A stretch of DNA of 64,000 bases from positions 832,001 through 896,000 of the forward strand of contig CAWDXE010000007.1 in assembly GCA_963806185.1 (NCBI GenBank), read 5' to 3'. The position numbers and the translations under genes are program-made. This stretch comes from an uncultured candidate division Zixibacteria bacterium. GTDB taxonomy: Bacteria > Zixibacteria > MSB-5A5 > GN15 > FEB-12. Each line of letters starts with the position of its first letter. Within the stretch, counting starts at the first letter, position 1. A model generated the notes under the pieces. That model was not told the DNA's origin. It saw only the letters and a program-made list of their open reading frames with translations, and ran no database searches. Shown here one piece after another: positions 25,146 to 36,546 of the stretch.

Positions 25146-25290
25146 CATAAATTGGTTATTTTTTTCACAAATCTCCCCGCCCTAGTCCGGATTCGAACCC
25201 CACCCGTCCACCACCCCCCACCGCAAAAAACCCCTTTTCTTTTGTCCTTCTCCGCCATACATTTGGCCGGATATTTGGGGATACAACTAT

Positions 25291-25836
25291 ATGCCGCTCA
25301 AAGAAGAAAATAAAGGTCTGGTTTTAGTGTACACCGGTGACGGAAAGGGTAAGACTACCGCCGCCCTCGGAATGTGTGTCCGCGCCGTCGGGTATGATTG
25401 GTCGATCTGTCTTATCCAGTTTGTTAAGGGGAGCTGGAAGTATGGGGAGCTCAAAGGCCTCAAACGGCTCGAACCCAACGTGGAACTCCACGTCATCGGT
25501 GAGGGTTTCGTCGGGATCGTCGACGATGACAAGTCGTTCGAGGTGCACCGTGCGGCCGCCCGCAAGGGGGTAGAGCTCGCTCTGGAGAAGTTACGGTCAG
25601 AGCAGTACCAGTTGGTTATTCTCGACGAGCTCAACGTCGCCTATAACCTCGGCCTCGTCACTACGGAAGAAATGGAATCGATACTGGCCGCCCGCACACC
25701 TCGACAAAACCTCGTCATCACCGGTCGCTCAGCCGCCGACTGGCTCATTGACAAGGCCGATCTCGTCACCGAAATGAAAGAAATCAAGCATCCGTTCCAA
25801 AAGGGGATACTCGCACAAAAGGGGATTGACTGGTAA
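25291..25836 (+). CDS. cobO: Cob(I)alamin adenosyltransferase
   Basis: YTGDGKGKTTAALG, QFVKG, ILDE, ITGR, ADLVTEM, KHPF, GIDW. Confidence 0.94.
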   Translation: MPLKEENKGLVLVYTGDGKGKTTAALGMCVRAVGYDWSICLIQFVKGSWKYGELKGLKRLEPNVELHVIGEGFVGIVDDDKSFEVHRAAARKGVELALEKLRSEQYQLVILDELNVAYNLGLVTTEEMESILAARTPRQNLVITGRSAADWLIDKADLVTEMKEIKHPFQKGILAQKGIDW

Positions 25837-25904
25837 TCCTTTTTCTGTGTTGATTGTCTAAGTTTGGCTACACGGATTGACAGGGTAACCATTGGAAAGG
25901 CAAA

Positions 25905-26858
25905 ATGCCCGAAGTAAAGCAATATGACATTGTCATTGTCGGCGGCGGCCCGGGTGGTCTATGCGCCGGTCTCTACGCCGCACGCGCTCGGAGAAAAGTA
26001 GTCTGCCTGGAGAAATTCTCAATCGGCGGCCAAATCGCCCTCACCGGCGAAGTGGAAGACTATCTCGGTTTTGAACATATCAGCGGGGCCGAGTTGGGTG
26101 AACGATTCGCCAACCACGCTAAGAAATTCGGTCTCGAAATTGAACTGGAAGAGGTAGAAGAGGTCTATACCGACGGTGATGACCGGGTCGCCCGCTGTGC
26201 CTCCGGCAACATCTACCGTGCCAAGGCGATTATCCTGTCCACCGGCGGATCGCCCGTCAAGCTCGGGGTCCCCGGCGAGTTGGAATTGAGTGGCCGGGGA
26301 GTATCGTATTGCGCTATCTGTGACGGCGCGTTTTTCCGCGATAAGGTCATTGCCGTGGTAGGCGGGGGAGACGCGGCGGTGGAAGAGGGAACGTTTCTCA
26401 CGAAATTCGGTACCAAAGTGTACATCATTCATCGGCGCGCCGAATTGCGCGCCCAGAAGATCATCCAGCAGCGCGCGCTTGATAATCCGAAGGTCGAGTT
26501 TATTCTCGATACCGTCGTCGAATCGATCAATGGCGAGAGTGGCCGCGTCTCGAGCCTATCGCTGAAAAACGTCAAGACCGGGAAGACTTCGAATCTCCCC
26601 ATTGGCGCCGTGTTTGTGTACATCGGTTTCACACCCAATTCCGGCCTCGTGCGAGGCGGCCTCAAAACCGACTCGGGCGGATATATCATCACCGACGAAC
26701 GAATGGAAACGTCCGTCAGAGGCATCTATGCGTGCGGCGACGTACGCTCACAATTGGTGCGGCAGGTCACAAATGCCGTCGGCGACGGGACAACCGCGGC
26801 CGTGGCGGCCGAAAAATATCTCGAACAGCTCGAGGACAAACATGCCCGTCGTGTGTGA
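25905..26858 (+). CDS. trxB: Thioredoxin-disulfide reductase
   Basis: GGGPGG, GRGVSYCAICDG, GGGDAAVEE, GD.R..LVRQ. Confidence 0.95.
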   Translation: MPEVKQYDIVIVGGGPGGLCAGLYAARARRKVVCLEKFSIGGQIALTGEVEDYLGFEHISGAELGERFANHAKKFGLEIELEEVEEVYTDGDDRVARCASGNIYRAKAIILSTGGSPVKLGVPGELELSGRGVSYCAICDGAFFRDKVIAVVGGGDAAVEEGTFLTKFGTKVYIIHRRAELRAQKIIQQRALDNPKVEFILDTVVESINGESGRVSSLSLKNVKTGKTSNLPIGAVFVYIGFTPNSGLVRGGLKTDSGGYIITDERMETSVRGIYACGDVRSQLVRQVTNAVGDGTTAAVAAEKYLEQLEDKHARRV

Positions 26859-27023
26859 CAATGAAGGGAAACCGGCAAACTTGAGTTTGAGAGTCTTTGA
26901 TGTGTTGTATCTCGGTCACGATCGATTGAGGGTAGGATAGCGACTCCCGACCGGCGGGTACAACCGTATAATTTGAAACTTTAGCCTTACACTTTCGTTA
27001 ATTACCACCAAACAGGAGCAAGC

Positions 27024-27764
27024 ATGGAATCATCAGTGCACTCCGGGCCGGTCCAGCCGCCGACCGGTACCGACACCTCTGGGCTGTCGGTCAAAGGGCT
27101 GTATTTGGTGTTCACCGATCCCGTTGGATTCTTCACAAAACTGAAAGAACGGCACAGTATTGTCGTGCCGTACATTGTCATTCTCATCCTGGCCTTGCTC
27201 TCCGCATACCTCATCAAGGATCTGATGGGACGGTATGTTTTCTCAGAGATGCAGCGCCAGGCTATTGACAGCCCCCAGATGAAGGCGGCTATCGAACAAG
27301 GGTATGTCTCCGAAGCCAAAATGGCCTGGAACATCATGATCTTTGGGCCGATCTTTTCCCTGCTGATTCCGCTAGTCGGCGCAGCTCTGGCCCTTTTTTG
27401 GGGGAATTTCGTTTACAGTGGCAAGGCGCGGTTTGCCCAGATACTATCGGTGATGCTCTACGCCAATATTATTTATTGTGCCGGCAATCTGCTGACTGCG
27501 GTTTTCATGCGCATCAAGGATTCGCCCTCAGCCGGATTCACGCCGGCCATTCTGGTCGCCGACAAGGGGCTGGACACACCGCTGTACACTCTTTTGAGCA
27601 AGATTAATCCATTCATTATATGGGAAATCATCGCCGTTGGCATCGGCCTGTCAATTCTCTACGGCTTCACCCGCAACAAAGGCTATCGGGTATCGGTCCT
27701 ATCGGTGGGCCTGTTGTCGATCTTACACGTGGTCTGGACGGCAATCAGTTCTTTAATGCGATAA
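27024..27764 (+). CDS. Yip1-domain membrane protein
   Basis: VFTDP..FF and INPF.IW patterns, about 5 TM segments, upstream of TolC/MacA. Confidence 0.75.
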   Translation: MESSVHSGPVQPPTGTDTSGLSVKGLYLVFTDPVGFFTKLKERHSIVVPYIVILILALLSAYLIKDLMGRYVFSEMQRQAIDSPQMKAAIEQGYVSEAKMAWNIMIFGPIFSLLIPLVGAALALFWGNFVYSGKARFAQILSVMLYANIIYCAGNLLTAVFMRIKDSPSAGFTPAILVADKGLDTPLYTLLSKINPFIIWEIIAVGIGLSILYGFTRNKGYRVSVLSVGLLSILHVVWTAISSLMR

Positions 27765-27774
27765 AGGAGATAGA

Positions 27775-29040
27775 ATGACTTCGGCTCTTAGAACTTCTCT
27801 TATACTCGTCGCGGCCGCTTTCATGGTAGGTTCAACCGCCGCCGCCGAATTGACTCTCGATGATTGTATCGACCTGGCTATGAAGAATCGAGCCGTCATC
27901 ATTCAGTCCCAGGGGGCGGAAAAGCTGGCCGCGGCCGGCAAGCGCAGTGCCCTGGGAGCGTTTTTGCCGAATCTGTCGGCCTCCTACGGGTATGCCGACA
28001 ACTTGAATTCGTCAGCCAAAGGCGACGAACTCGCGGCCAAGTTCGCCTGGAACGTAACACCGATTCCGAGTTATTTTGAATATCGTGCCGCCGCGGCTGA
28101 TCTTGCCGCCGCCCGCCTGGATGTGATCGGCTCCGAACAGGATCTGATCCTGGCCGTTAAGCTGGCCTATTTTAACTACCTGGCGGCCGTGCAGAACGTC
28201 ACGGTCAACGACCAAGCATTGAAGCGCGCCGAAGAACAGCTCAAGCTGATTCAATCCCGCTTTGATCTCGGCTCGGCCTCGCTCTCCGATGTCCTTAAGC
28301 AGAAAGTAGAGTACGGCAATGTAAAGCTTACGCTACTGAAGGCACAGAACCTCGTGACGACCACTCAGGCCAAACTGGCCTACACGATCGGCATCGACCC
28401 CCGGCAGGAACAGGCGTTCTCGTCCACGTTCGCTCCCCGGACCTACGATGGCGCCATGGATGACGCGGTGGCCTTCGCTCTTGAACACAAGCCGGAATTA
28501 CTGTCGGCCCAGAAGTCGCTCGAGTCGGCCGGCTACACGGTGAAGTCGACGATGACGACCTACTTCCCGGAACTGTCCTTTAGTCTCAACGCCGGCAGGT
28601 CATGGTTTTCCGACAAAAACTTTGGCGCCTTCGGCGGCGACAATGATATCTCCAATGAAGGAAGTGTCGGCTACGGTCTGACCTGGAATATATTCGACGG
28701 CTTCAGCCGCGAAGCCCGGGTAGCGTCGGCAAAGGTCTCCCGCAATAACCAGCGGGCTGGTCTGGCCGATTTGCGCAACCGCATCGTCTTTGATGTCAAG
28801 ACGGCTTTCACCGACATTCAGCAGTTTCGTGACCAGCATTCGGTCGCCCAGGAAAACGTGACTGCCTCCGAAGAAGACTTGAAGATTACCCAGGAAAAAT
28901 ACAACCTTGGCGCCGCCACTATTCTGGACCTGCTCAATGCGCAGGTTTCTCTCCGGCAGGCCCAGGTGGATTTGATTCAGGCCGATTTTGATTTGAATCT
29001 GGCCATTTCCCGTCTTGAAAATGCTATGGGCAAAATGTAA
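27775..29040 (+). CDS. TolC-family outer membrane efflux protein
   Basis: Signal peptide, LTLDDCI, WNIFDG, KYNLGAATILDLL. Confidence 0.92.
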   Translation: MTSALRTSLILVAAAFMVGSTAAAELTLDDCIDLAMKNRAVIIQSQGAEKLAAAGKRSALGAFLPNLSASYGYADNLNSSAKGDELAAKFAWNVTPIPSYFEYRAAAADLAAARLDVIGSEQDLILAVKLAYFNYLAAVQNVTVNDQALKRAEEQLKLIQSRFDLGSASLSDVLKQKVEYGNVKLTLLKAQNLVTTTQAKLAYTIGIDPRQEQAFSSTFAPRTYDGAMDDAVAFALEHKPELLSAQKSLESAGYTVKSTMTTYFPELSFSLNAGRSWFSDKNFGAFGGDNDISNEGSVGYGLTWNIFDGFSREARVASAKVSRNNQRAGLADLRNRIVFDVKTAFTDIQQFRDQHSVAQENVTASEEDLKITQEKYNLGAATILDLLNAQVSLRQAQVDLIQADFDLNLAISRLENAMGKM

Positions 29041-29063
29041 CTGTTGAAGGCAGGGTCGAGATA

Positions 29064-30389
29064 ATGCGAAACAAGAAAGTCATTTGGATCAGTGTGGCCG
29101 TGGTGGTCGTCGCCGCCATTGTCGTACTGAACTTCACCACCAACACCAAAAAGTCGACGGACGTCACAGCGGTGACGGTCGGCGCGATGGATCTGACCGA
29201 GCAAGTGTCCGCTTCGGGGCGCATTCAGCCGCAGACCTTTGTTGACATCACCGCCCAGATTAGCGGCAAGATCATCAGCCTGCCGGTCAAGGAGGGCGAT
29301 CCGGTCATCCGCGGCAATCTGCTGGTCGTGTTGGACACCGTTCAACTCCGCAGTGATCTCGATCAGGCCCGCTACGCCGTGAGCGAAATCGACGCCCGCT
29401 TGAATGGCGCCAAGACGTCGCTGGATCAGGCGCGGGAAGAACATGAGCGGCAGCAGCGCCTGCTGAAGCAGAATCTGACCCCGGAAACCACGGCGAAGGA
29501 CGCCATGTATGCGTATGAAGCCGCGAAATCGAATTACACGGCAATGGAAGCTCAGGCCGAACAAACCAAGTCGGGGTATGACAAGGCGCTTGATAACCTG
29601 AGCAAGGCCAAGATTGTGGCGCCGATGGACGGCGTAATCACGCTGGTCGATTGTGAAGTCGGCGAAATCGCTGCCGCCCAGAATGCCTTCACTCAGGGCA
29701 AGACGCTTATGACCATTTCGAACATGAACATTTTCGAGGTCGAAGTCGAAGTGGACGAAACCGAAATTGTCAAAATCCAGCTCGGCCAGAAAGCCAAGAT
29801 TCAAGTCGACGCGTTCCAGGATACGTCGTTTGCCGGCAGCGTGGCTGAAATCGGCAACACGGCTATCATCAAGGGCTCCGGGACACAGGATCAATCGACC
29901 AATTTCAAGGTGAAGATCATCTTTGCGGAAGCCAACGCCGGCATTCGTCCCGGGATGTCAGCCACTGTCGATATTACGACCAATGAACGCAAGGATATTC
30001 TCGGCGTGCCCTATAGTGCCATCGTCATGAGATCCTTCGATATGGACTCCCTCGAGGCGGCCCGCAAAGGTGAAAAGGGGGAGACGTCGATGGTCAGCGA
30101 GGTACAGGCGGCCGAGGGTGACAGTGCCAATCCAGTCAAGCCCAACGGCGCAGAAGAGACTGAACGAAAAGAACTCAAGGGCGTCTTTGTCGTACGCGAC
30201 GGCGTTGCCCGTTTTATCGAAGTTCAGACCGGCATCGCGGACCAGAAGCACATTGAGATCAAGTCCGGCCTGCAGAAGGGCGACTCGGTCATCTCCGGTC
30301 CGTATCGCATCCTGCGCACCGTCAAAGACGGTGAAAACGTTAAGACGTCGGCTAACAAGGGTCCGGGCGAAGAAAGGAAAGAGGCCTAA
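29064..30389 (+). CDS. MacA-like periplasmic adaptor
   Basis: [35 protein letters not shown]. Confidence 0.92.
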   Translation: MRNKKVIWISVAVVVVAAIVVLNFTTNTKKSTDVTAVTVGAMDLTEQVSASGRIQPQTFVDITAQISGKIISLPVKEGDPVIRGNLLVVLDTVQLRSDLDQARYAVSEIDARLNGAKTSLDQAREEHERQQRLLKQNLTPETTAKDAMYAYEAAKSNYTAMEAQAEQTKSGYDKALDNLSKAKIVAPMDGVITLVDCEVGEIAAAQNAFTQGKTLMTISNMNIFEVEVEVDETEIVKIQLGQKAKIQVDAFQDTSFAGSVAEIGNTAIIKGSGTQDQSTNFKVKIIFAEANAGIRPGMSATVDITTNERKDILGVPYSAIVMRSFDMDSLEAARKGEKGETSMVSEVQAAEGDSANPVKPNGAEETERKELKGVFVVRDGVARFIEVQTGIADQKHIEIKSGLQKGDSVISGPYRILRTVKDGENVKTSANKGPGEERKEA

Positions 30390-31093
30390 TGGCGCTCATT
30401 GAAACCAGAGACCTCTGGAAAACTTACCAGATGGGTGCCGAAGAGGTTCATGCCCTGCGCGGCGTCTCAATCAAAATTGAGCGCGGTGAGTATGTCGCCA
30501 TCATGGGACCATCTGGTTCGGGCAAGTCGACCCTGATGAATCTGATCGGCTGCCTCGACACCCCCTCGCGTGGAGACTACATCCTGAACGGCAAAAACGT
30601 CAGCCTGATGAACGACGACGAATTAGCGTCCATCCGGAACCGCGAGATCGGCTTTGTTTTCCAGACGTTCAATTTGCTGGCCCGAGCGACGTCGCTGCAT
30701 AACGTCGAACTGCCGCTCATCTACAACGGTACTCCGGCTGCCGAGCGCCTCGAAATGGCCAAGGCGGCCCTCGCCAAAGTCGCTCTGGCCGATCGCATGA
30801 TGCACAAGCCCAACGAACTGTCCGGCGGACAGCGCCAGCGCGTGGCAGTTGCTCGCGCCCTGGTGAATAACCCGTCGCTCATACTCGCCGACGAACCGAC
30901 CGGCAATCTGGACAGTAAGACATCGCAGGAAATCATGCGCTTGCTCAACGACCTGCATCATCAGGGGAATACCATTATCGTCGTGACGCATGAACACGAT
31001 ATCGCCAAATACGCCCATCGCGTGCTGTCGATTCTCGATGGTGAGATCGCGTCGGATGAAATAAACAGCGCACCAGCTCTGGTGTCCGCCTGA
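30389..31093 (+). CDS. MacB/LolD-type ABC ATP-binding protein
   Basis: [38 protein letters not shown]. Confidence 0.95.
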   Translation: MALIETRDLWKTYQMGAEEVHALRGVSIKIERGEYVAIMGPSGSGKSTLMNLIGCLDTPSRGDYILNGKNVSLMNDDELASIRNREIGFVFQTFNLLARATSLHNVELPLIYNGTPAAERLEMAKAALAKVALADRMMHKPNELSGGQRQRVAVARALVNNPSLILADEPTGNLDSKTSQEIMRLLNDLHHQGNTIIVVTHEHDIAKYAHRVLSILDGEIASDEINSAPALVSA

Positions 31094-31103
31094 AAGGCAT
31101 CGT

Positions 31104-32327
31104 ATGATCCTCGGCTCACTGGTAAAGATCTCGTTTGACGCCCTGTGGGTGAACAAACTGCGTTCCGGTCTGACTCTGCTCGGCATTCTGATCGGTGTCA
31201 CGTCGGTGATGACGATCGTCTCCGCCCTGGAGGGTATGTCGGATGCCATCAAGCGCGATCTGGAATCGATGGGCCCGAGTACGTTCATGGTCATGAAGAT
31301 GGGCATTGTCACCTCGGACGAAATGTGGTGGGACAAGGTCAAGCGCAAACCGATCAACATGAAGTCGGTCGAACTGGTCGAAGCCGGGTGTACCCTGTGT
31401 GAGAAGATCGCTCCTCGCGCGTTCCAGGGGGCGAATGTCAAATACCGCAACGAAACGCTCCACGACGTCTTCGTTATCGGCAGCACTTCCAACTACGTCG
31501 ATATCGTCGATCTGGAAGTGGCTCAGGGGCGGTTCCACGCCTCTGAAGATGATCTCTACCGCCGCAATGTCGTTTTTGTGGGCGATCAGATTCGCGAGAC
31601 CTTCTTCGAGGGTCTCGATCCTCTGGGCAAGGAAATCCGCCTGGACGATCAGAAGTACACCGTCATAGGTGTGGCCAAGAAGCAGGGATCGACTTTTGGA
31701 GATAATCAGGACAATTTTGTGGTCATCCCGCTGAATTCCTTCTTCAAGCAGTTCGGCGAACCGCGCCGCCGCGGCATCAATATGGTGGTCAAGGCGGTGT
31801 CGGTTGAGCGAATGGGTGAGGCCCAGGACCAGGTGCGGGCCATCCTCCGGGCGCAGCGCCACGTGCCGTTTAATGCCGAGGACGATTTCGACATGCTGAC
31901 TGCCGACAATATCCTCGAGGTTCTCAATTCGATCACCAAAGTGCTCCGCTGGGGCCTGATCGGTATTTCGTCCATTTCTCTGGTGGTGGGCGGCATTGTC
32001 GTCATGAATATCATGATGGTCTCGGTCACGGAGCGAACTCGTGAGATCGGCATCCGCAAAGCGATTGGTGCTCGACAGAAGCATATTTTGGCCCAGTTCT
32101 TGTTTGAATCTCTGATTCTGACCATGTCCGGCGGCCTGGCCGGCATTGTGTTTGGCTATTTGATCGCCAAGTCGCTGGTCGGCATGATCGACATGGAAAT
32201 TCAACCATCGACTCTGGCTATTATGGCTGGTTTGACCATTTCGACTGGTACCGGCCTCATATTCGGTATCTATCCGGCCATGAAGGCTGCGCGACTGGAC
32301 CCTGTAAAAGCAATGAGCTACGAGTGA
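31104..32327 (+). CDS. MacB/FtsX-type ABC permease 1
   Basis: NKLRSGLTLLGILIGV, VGGIVVMNIMMVSVTERTREIGIRKA. Confidence 0.94.
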   Translation: MILGSLVKISFDALWVNKLRSGLTLLGILIGVTSVMTIVSALEGMSDAIKRDLESMGPSTFMVMKMGIVTSDEMWWDKVKRKPINMKSVELVEAGCTLCEKIAPRAFQGANVKYRNETLHDVFVIGSTSNYVDIVDLEVAQGRFHASEDDLYRRNVVFVGDQIRETFFEGLDPLGKEIRLDDQKYTVIGVAKKQGSTFGDNQDNFVVIPLNSFFKQFGEPRRRGINMVVKAVSVERMGEAQDQVRAILRAQRHVPFNAEDDFDMLTADNILEVLNSITKVLRWGLIGISSISLVVGGIVVMNIMMVSVTERTREIGIRKAIGARQKHILAQFLFESLILTMSGGLAGIVFGYLIAKSLVGMIDMEIQPSTLAIMAGLTISTGTGLIFGIYPAMKAARLDPVKAMSYE

Positions 32328-32334
32328 ACCTATC

Positions 32335-33585
32335 ATGCTGATGACTTATGTGGAACTCAAAGACGGTATCGGCATGGCGCTGGGCGCCCTGCGCGCGAAC
32401 AAATTCCGTGCCTTCATGACGATTCTTGGCGTAATGATCGGGGTGAGTTCTGTCATCTGCATGGCGTCGCTCATCAATGGTATGCAGGTCGCCGCGGAGC
32501 AGGAAATCGATTCCATGGGCTCGAATATCATTATGATCACCAAATTTGAGCCGGATACGAACCACGACAATATGACCGAAGACGAACGGAACCGACAGCC
32601 AATCACGGTGGACGAGGCCAACGCGGTGCTCCACAACTGCCCGACGGTTGACGGAGTGTCGCCCCAGAACGCTTACTACAAGCAGGGCGGCAATGAAGTA
32701 AAGTACAAAAATCGCAAGGCCAATAACCCGGTGCTCCTCGGTGTGTGGCCCGACTTCCTGGCGGTAAACAATAAGAACGTTTCCGCGGGCCGGTTCATCA
32801 CTGACGGTGAGGAGCGCATGGGCGCCATGGTAGTGGTGCTGGGCGCATCGATTGCCGAGGCCCTGTTCGAAACCGAGGATCCGGTCGGAAAAAGCATCAG
32901 GGCAAATGGGAATGAATTCGAAGTAATTGGCGTCGTCGAAAAGGTCAAATCATCGTTCGGTAACGATGAGCTCAATAGCCGCGTGATGATGCCCCTCAAG
33001 ACGTTCGAGCGGATTCACCCGTGGGAGGAGGAGCTTTTTCTCGTGGCTCGCGCCCGCAGCACGGCCCTGATTGCGCAGGCCGAGGAAGAAATTATAGCCG
33101 CTTTGCGTGTGCAACGGCGAGTCCCCTTCAACAAGCCGAACGATTTTGCCCTCTCCACCCAGGAGACCTTCAAGGACACCGTTGCCAATATCACCAAGTA
33201 CATCTACCTGGCGATGATTGTGATTACCTCCGTGGGGCTGATGGTCGGCGGTATCGGCGTGATGAACATCATGCTCGTTTCGGTGACCGAACGGACCCGT
33301 GAAATCGGTATTCGCAAAGCGATCGGCGCCCGACGAGTGAATATACTGCTGCAGTTTCTGACCGAGGCTACTACGCTTTCCGGCGCCGGCGGCATCATCG
33401 GTATTATCTTTGGCGTCGGTTTGGGTATGGCGGTCAATGCCATTGCCGGATTCCCGCTCACGGTTTCGGTCTTCTGGATTATCCTCGGTTTCTTGGTCGC
33501 CGTTTCGGTGGGGCTGGTTTCCGGTATGTATCCGGCCGTCAAGGCCTCACGGCTCGATCCGATCGAAGCTCTTCGCTACGAATAA
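32335..33585 (+). CDS. MacB/FtsX-type ABC permease 2
   Basis: VGGIGVMNIMLVSVTERTREIGIRKA, LDPIEALRYE. Confidence 0.94.
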   Translation: MLMTYVELKDGIGMALGALRANKFRAFMTILGVMIGVSSVICMASLINGMQVAAEQEIDSMGSNIIMITKFEPDTNHDNMTEDERNRQPITVDEANAVLHNCPTVDGVSPQNAYYKQGGNEVKYKNRKANNPVLLGVWPDFLAVNNKNVSAGRFITDGEERMGAMVVVLGASIAEALFETEDPVGKSIRANGNEFEVIGVVEKVKSSFGNDELNSRVMMPLKTFERIHPWEEELFLVARARSTALIAQAEEEIIAALRVQRRVPFNKPNDFALSTQETFKDTVANITKYIYLAMIVITSVGLMVGGIGVMNIMLVSVTERTREIGIRKAIGARRVNILLQFLTEATTLSGAGGIIGIIFGVGLGMAVNAIAGFPLTVSVFWIILGFLVAVSVGLVSGMYPAVKASRLDPIEALRYE

Positions 33586-33691
33586 CCCAGTTTCCTCCTT
33601 TCTACGGAATTCTCTTTTTTATTGCCGCCGGTCGTGCGTCTATCTACATTAGTGGTACTTAAGCGGTTGAGGGGTGTATAATTACCGAGGT

Positions 33692-35032
33692 ATGAAAACC
33701 GTGTGCAAGACAGCTCCGGTCGCTCTGGCGACGTTCATCCTGGTCGTGCTGACCGCGGGTGCCGCGGGTGGTCAGATATTCACGCCAAACCAACCCAAGT
33801 CCATGGGGCCGATTATCATCGTCGATGCGGCAGCGTTTGCGACACCCGGAAGTGACTCGGTCCGGCTTGAATTCTACTACCAGATCTACAATTTCGGCCT
33901 GCAATTCAAGGAACAGGATGGCGACTGGGTAGCAGCATACGAATTGTCCGTGTCGGTACTGGACGAAGACGAGGTCCAGGTGGGTTTCCAGGAACGAGCC
34001 CGCGAAATCCGAGTGGCTTCCAACGATCGCACCAAATCGAAGTTCGACCACCGCACCAGCCAGGTCAACTTCATGGTGCTGCCGGGCAAGTACAAGATTA
34101 ACGTCAATCTCCGCGACAAGTCGAATGACGCCACCACCGAGCGCCAGTCGAAAATCACCATCGAGTCACCCGACCGCGATCTGCCGCTGCTCTCCGGCAT
34201 TGAGTTCGCGCAAGCGGTCAATCAGACCGGCGATACCGGAAGTCTGTTCACGAAAGGTGAGTTGGCCGTGGTTCCATCGGTGTCCCGCGCCTTTGGCGGC
34301 GACGGCGATTCCCGCCTCGTGTACTATTTCGAAATCTACCGGGGGAGTGATTCCACCGAGAAAGTGGTCGTGGAATCGATCATCCGCCACCAGTCCAAAG
34401 GAATGATTTATCGCGATACTGTTCACTTCGACTTCAATGGTCCCGTGCTTCGACAGCTCCGTGAAATTGATATCAAGGAATTTGCCCCCGGCACGTACGA
34501 GCTTGAGATTACATTGCGCGGTCGCCGCAACAAGGAATTGGATCAGACCAGACAGGAGTTTGTCGTCCTGTGGACGCAGGATGGCCTGCTGAAACATGAT
34601 TGGAAGACGGCGCTCGATCAACTCTCTTACGTCGCGAATCCAGGCGAACTGGACAGTGTGAAGAGATTGACTTCCTTTGAAGATCGCCGACGGGCGTTTG
34701 ACGCTTTCTGGGCCTCCAAGGACCCTACACTCGGGACACCTGAGAATGAAGTGAAAAAGGAATTCTACCGGCGTATCATTATCGCCAATCAGAATTTCGG
34801 TTATATGCGCCGCGACGGCTGGCGCACCGACCGCGGGCGAATTCTGGTGATGCACGGCGAACCGGATCAAATCGATGATGTTCCGTATTCGGCGTCCGAT
34901 CTGCCGTATCAAATCTGGCATTATTACCGCGACGGTCGGTATCGTCGCTTCACCTTTGTCGATGAAAACCAGGATGGGGACTACCGGCTCGAGTATCCGT
35001 TTGACGGGCTGAATCAGCGCCCCGATTTTTGA
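33692..35032 (+). CDS. GWxTD-domain protein 1
   Basis: Signal peptide; FW..KDP..TPENE..EFY.R...AN..F, GWRTDRGR, GEPD. Confidence 0.88.
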   Translation: MKTVCKTAPVALATFILVVLTAGAAGGQIFTPNQPKSMGPIIIVDAAAFATPGSDSVRLEFYYQIYNFGLQFKEQDGDWVAAYELSVSVLDEDEVQVGFQERAREIRVASNDRTKSKFDHRTSQVNFMVLPGKYKINVNLRDKSNDATTERQSKITIESPDRDLPLLSGIEFAQAVNQTGDTGSLFTKGELAVVPSVSRAFGGDGDSRLVYYFEIYRGSDSTEKVVVESIIRHQSKGMIYRDTVHFDFNGPVLRQLREIDIKEFAPGTYELEITLRGRRNKELDQTRQEFVVLWTQDGLLKHDWKTALDQLSYVANPGELDSVKRLTSFEDRRRAFDAFWASKDPTLGTPENEVKKEFYRRIIIANQNFGYMRRDGWRTDRGRILVMHGEPDQIDDVPYSASDLPYQIWHYYRDGRYRRFTFVDENQDGDYRLEYPFDGLNQRPDF

Positions 35033-35037
35033 GCATC

Positions 35038-36468
35038 ATGATAAAACGATTTTATTTTTTCGCGTGTTGTCTGGCCGCAGGCCTATTCACAGTTACTGCT
35101 TCAGCCCAAACCGAGCCCGAGACTGCCACCATCGCGATCTATGGCGGGCTGACAATTTTCAATAACCCGACCTTTGATTCCGTTTCGCTGGTGGAGTTCC
35201 CGTTTGTGCTGAACCGGGAACAGTTCGACTTCTACAAGGCCGACTCGGCGGCCGAAGGACTCGAGGCCCGCATTTACTGCCGGGCCGTGGTGGCGAATTT
35301 CCAGGGGATCCTCGTAGATTCCGCCAGCACCTACTTCTCGGCTTGGGTCGCAAACGAACAGGAAGCACGGCTCAAGGGGATCAGGCTTTTTAACCAACTC
35401 GACATTTTTCTGAAGCCCGGCCTCTACACTGTGGCGCTCTCCGCCATCGACGTCGTGAGCAAGCGTGAAGGGCAGATCACCTACAATCGGGTGGAGGTTC
35501 CGGCCATTGAACGCGAGCACCTGACGTTGGGGGCCGCCAATCTGGCCTATGCCATCACTCCGGCGACGGCGACAGCCGCGCCGGAAGATCGATCGGTTCG
35601 CAACGGCCTTCGGGTACTCGTTAATCCGGTCCATTGGTTCGGCCCTGCTGACTCCTCGCTGTACTTCTACGGTGAAGTGTACAACCTGAAATATGGCGAT
35701 CAGGAGAAATCGAAATATCGGGTAGCCTCGCACATGGTCGATGCGAAAAACTCTCTGTATCAGGATTTCGGCTTCTCGTTGCGCGACAAGGCGGGAAACA
35801 CGGCGGTATTGTCACAGCGCTACGATATCTCAGCGTACCCTCCCGGGAAATACGGGCTGAATGTGACTGTTACCGACGAGGCGACGCAGCAGAGCGACAC
35901 CGCTTTTCTTCCCTTCAAGATCGTTGCTGAGGGGGCGAACCCTGTTGCCGAGGTGACGGCGGTGGATCCGACCAGCGCCTACGACTCGTTGAGTCTCGAG
36001 GCCAAGCTGGCGCTAGTCTATTATCTCCTGTCCCCGGTAGAGAAGAAGACTCTGGAGGCTTTGTCTCCGACCGGCAAACAGAATTTCATGCAGCAGTACT
36101 GGCGCGAACACGATAGCGACCCGACGACTCGACCCATCGAAAATCAACTGGAGATGATTCGGCGCTACCAGTTCGCGAACGTCAGCTTTTCGACCAATGC
36201 AAACCGCACCAACGGCTGGTCGTCGGATCGCGGCCGGATTTACATGATTTACGGCCCCTGGGACGAACGGGACGACGTCCCGACGCCGGTCACGGGAAAC
36301 CCGTTTGAAGTCTGGTTCTATCGTCAGGTGGACAAGGGGTTGTTATTTGTGTTCGCGGATACGAAGGGAAGTCAAGATCCGCAGCTCGTGCATTCGAATG
36401 CCACGGGTGAGAAATACAGTGACTCCTGGCAGACGATTGTAGATCAGGGGATTTACAACATCAAGTAA
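35038..36468 (+). CDS. GWxTD-domain protein 2
   Basis: Signal peptide; GWSSDRGRIYMIYGP, FEVWFY, FVFAD. Start approximate. Confidence 0.85.
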   Translation: MIKRFYFFACCLAAGLFTVTASAQTEPETATIAIYGGLTIFNNPTFDSVSLVEFPFVLNREQFDFYKADSAAEGLEARIYCRAVVANFQGILVDSASTYFSAWVANEQEARLKGIRLFNQLDIFLKPGLYTVALSAIDVVSKREGQITYNRVEVPAIEREHLTLGAANLAYAITPATATAAPEDRSVRNGLRVLVNPVHWFGPADSSLYFYGEVYNLKYGDQEKSKYRVASHMVDAKNSLYQDFGFSLRDKAGNTAVLSQRYDISAYPPGKYGLNVTVTDEATQQSDTAFLPFKIVAEGANPVAEVTAVDPTSAYDSLSLEAKLALVYYLLSPVEKKTLEALSPTGKQNFMQQYWREHDSDPTTRPIENQLEMIRRYQFANVSFSTNANRTNGWSSDRGRIYMIYGPWDERDDVPTPVTGNPFEVWFYRQVDKGLLFVFADTKGSQDPQLVHSNATGEKYSDSWQTIVDQGIYNIK

Positions 36469-36491
36469 CGATACTCGACCGCAAGACACTC

Positions 36492-36522
36492 GAGGGCTCG
36501 CCAAAGCGGGCCCTTTGTTTTT
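36492..36522 (+). terminator. Terminator between convergent genes
   Basis: agggctcgc/gcgggccct stem followed by ttgttttt. Confidence 0.65.
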
Positions 36523-36546
36523 CGCGCGATACCGACTACGCGGGGA

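Noticed and set aside
25150..25290. Cobalamin riboswitch upstream of cobO
   Set aside because: No B12-box consensus; the region is short and C-rich.
31116..32336. Long antisense ORFs (also 43006-43974, 28977-29894, 47637-48539, 15844-16716)
   Set aside because: Shadows of real genes in GC-rich DNA; no recognisable motifs.
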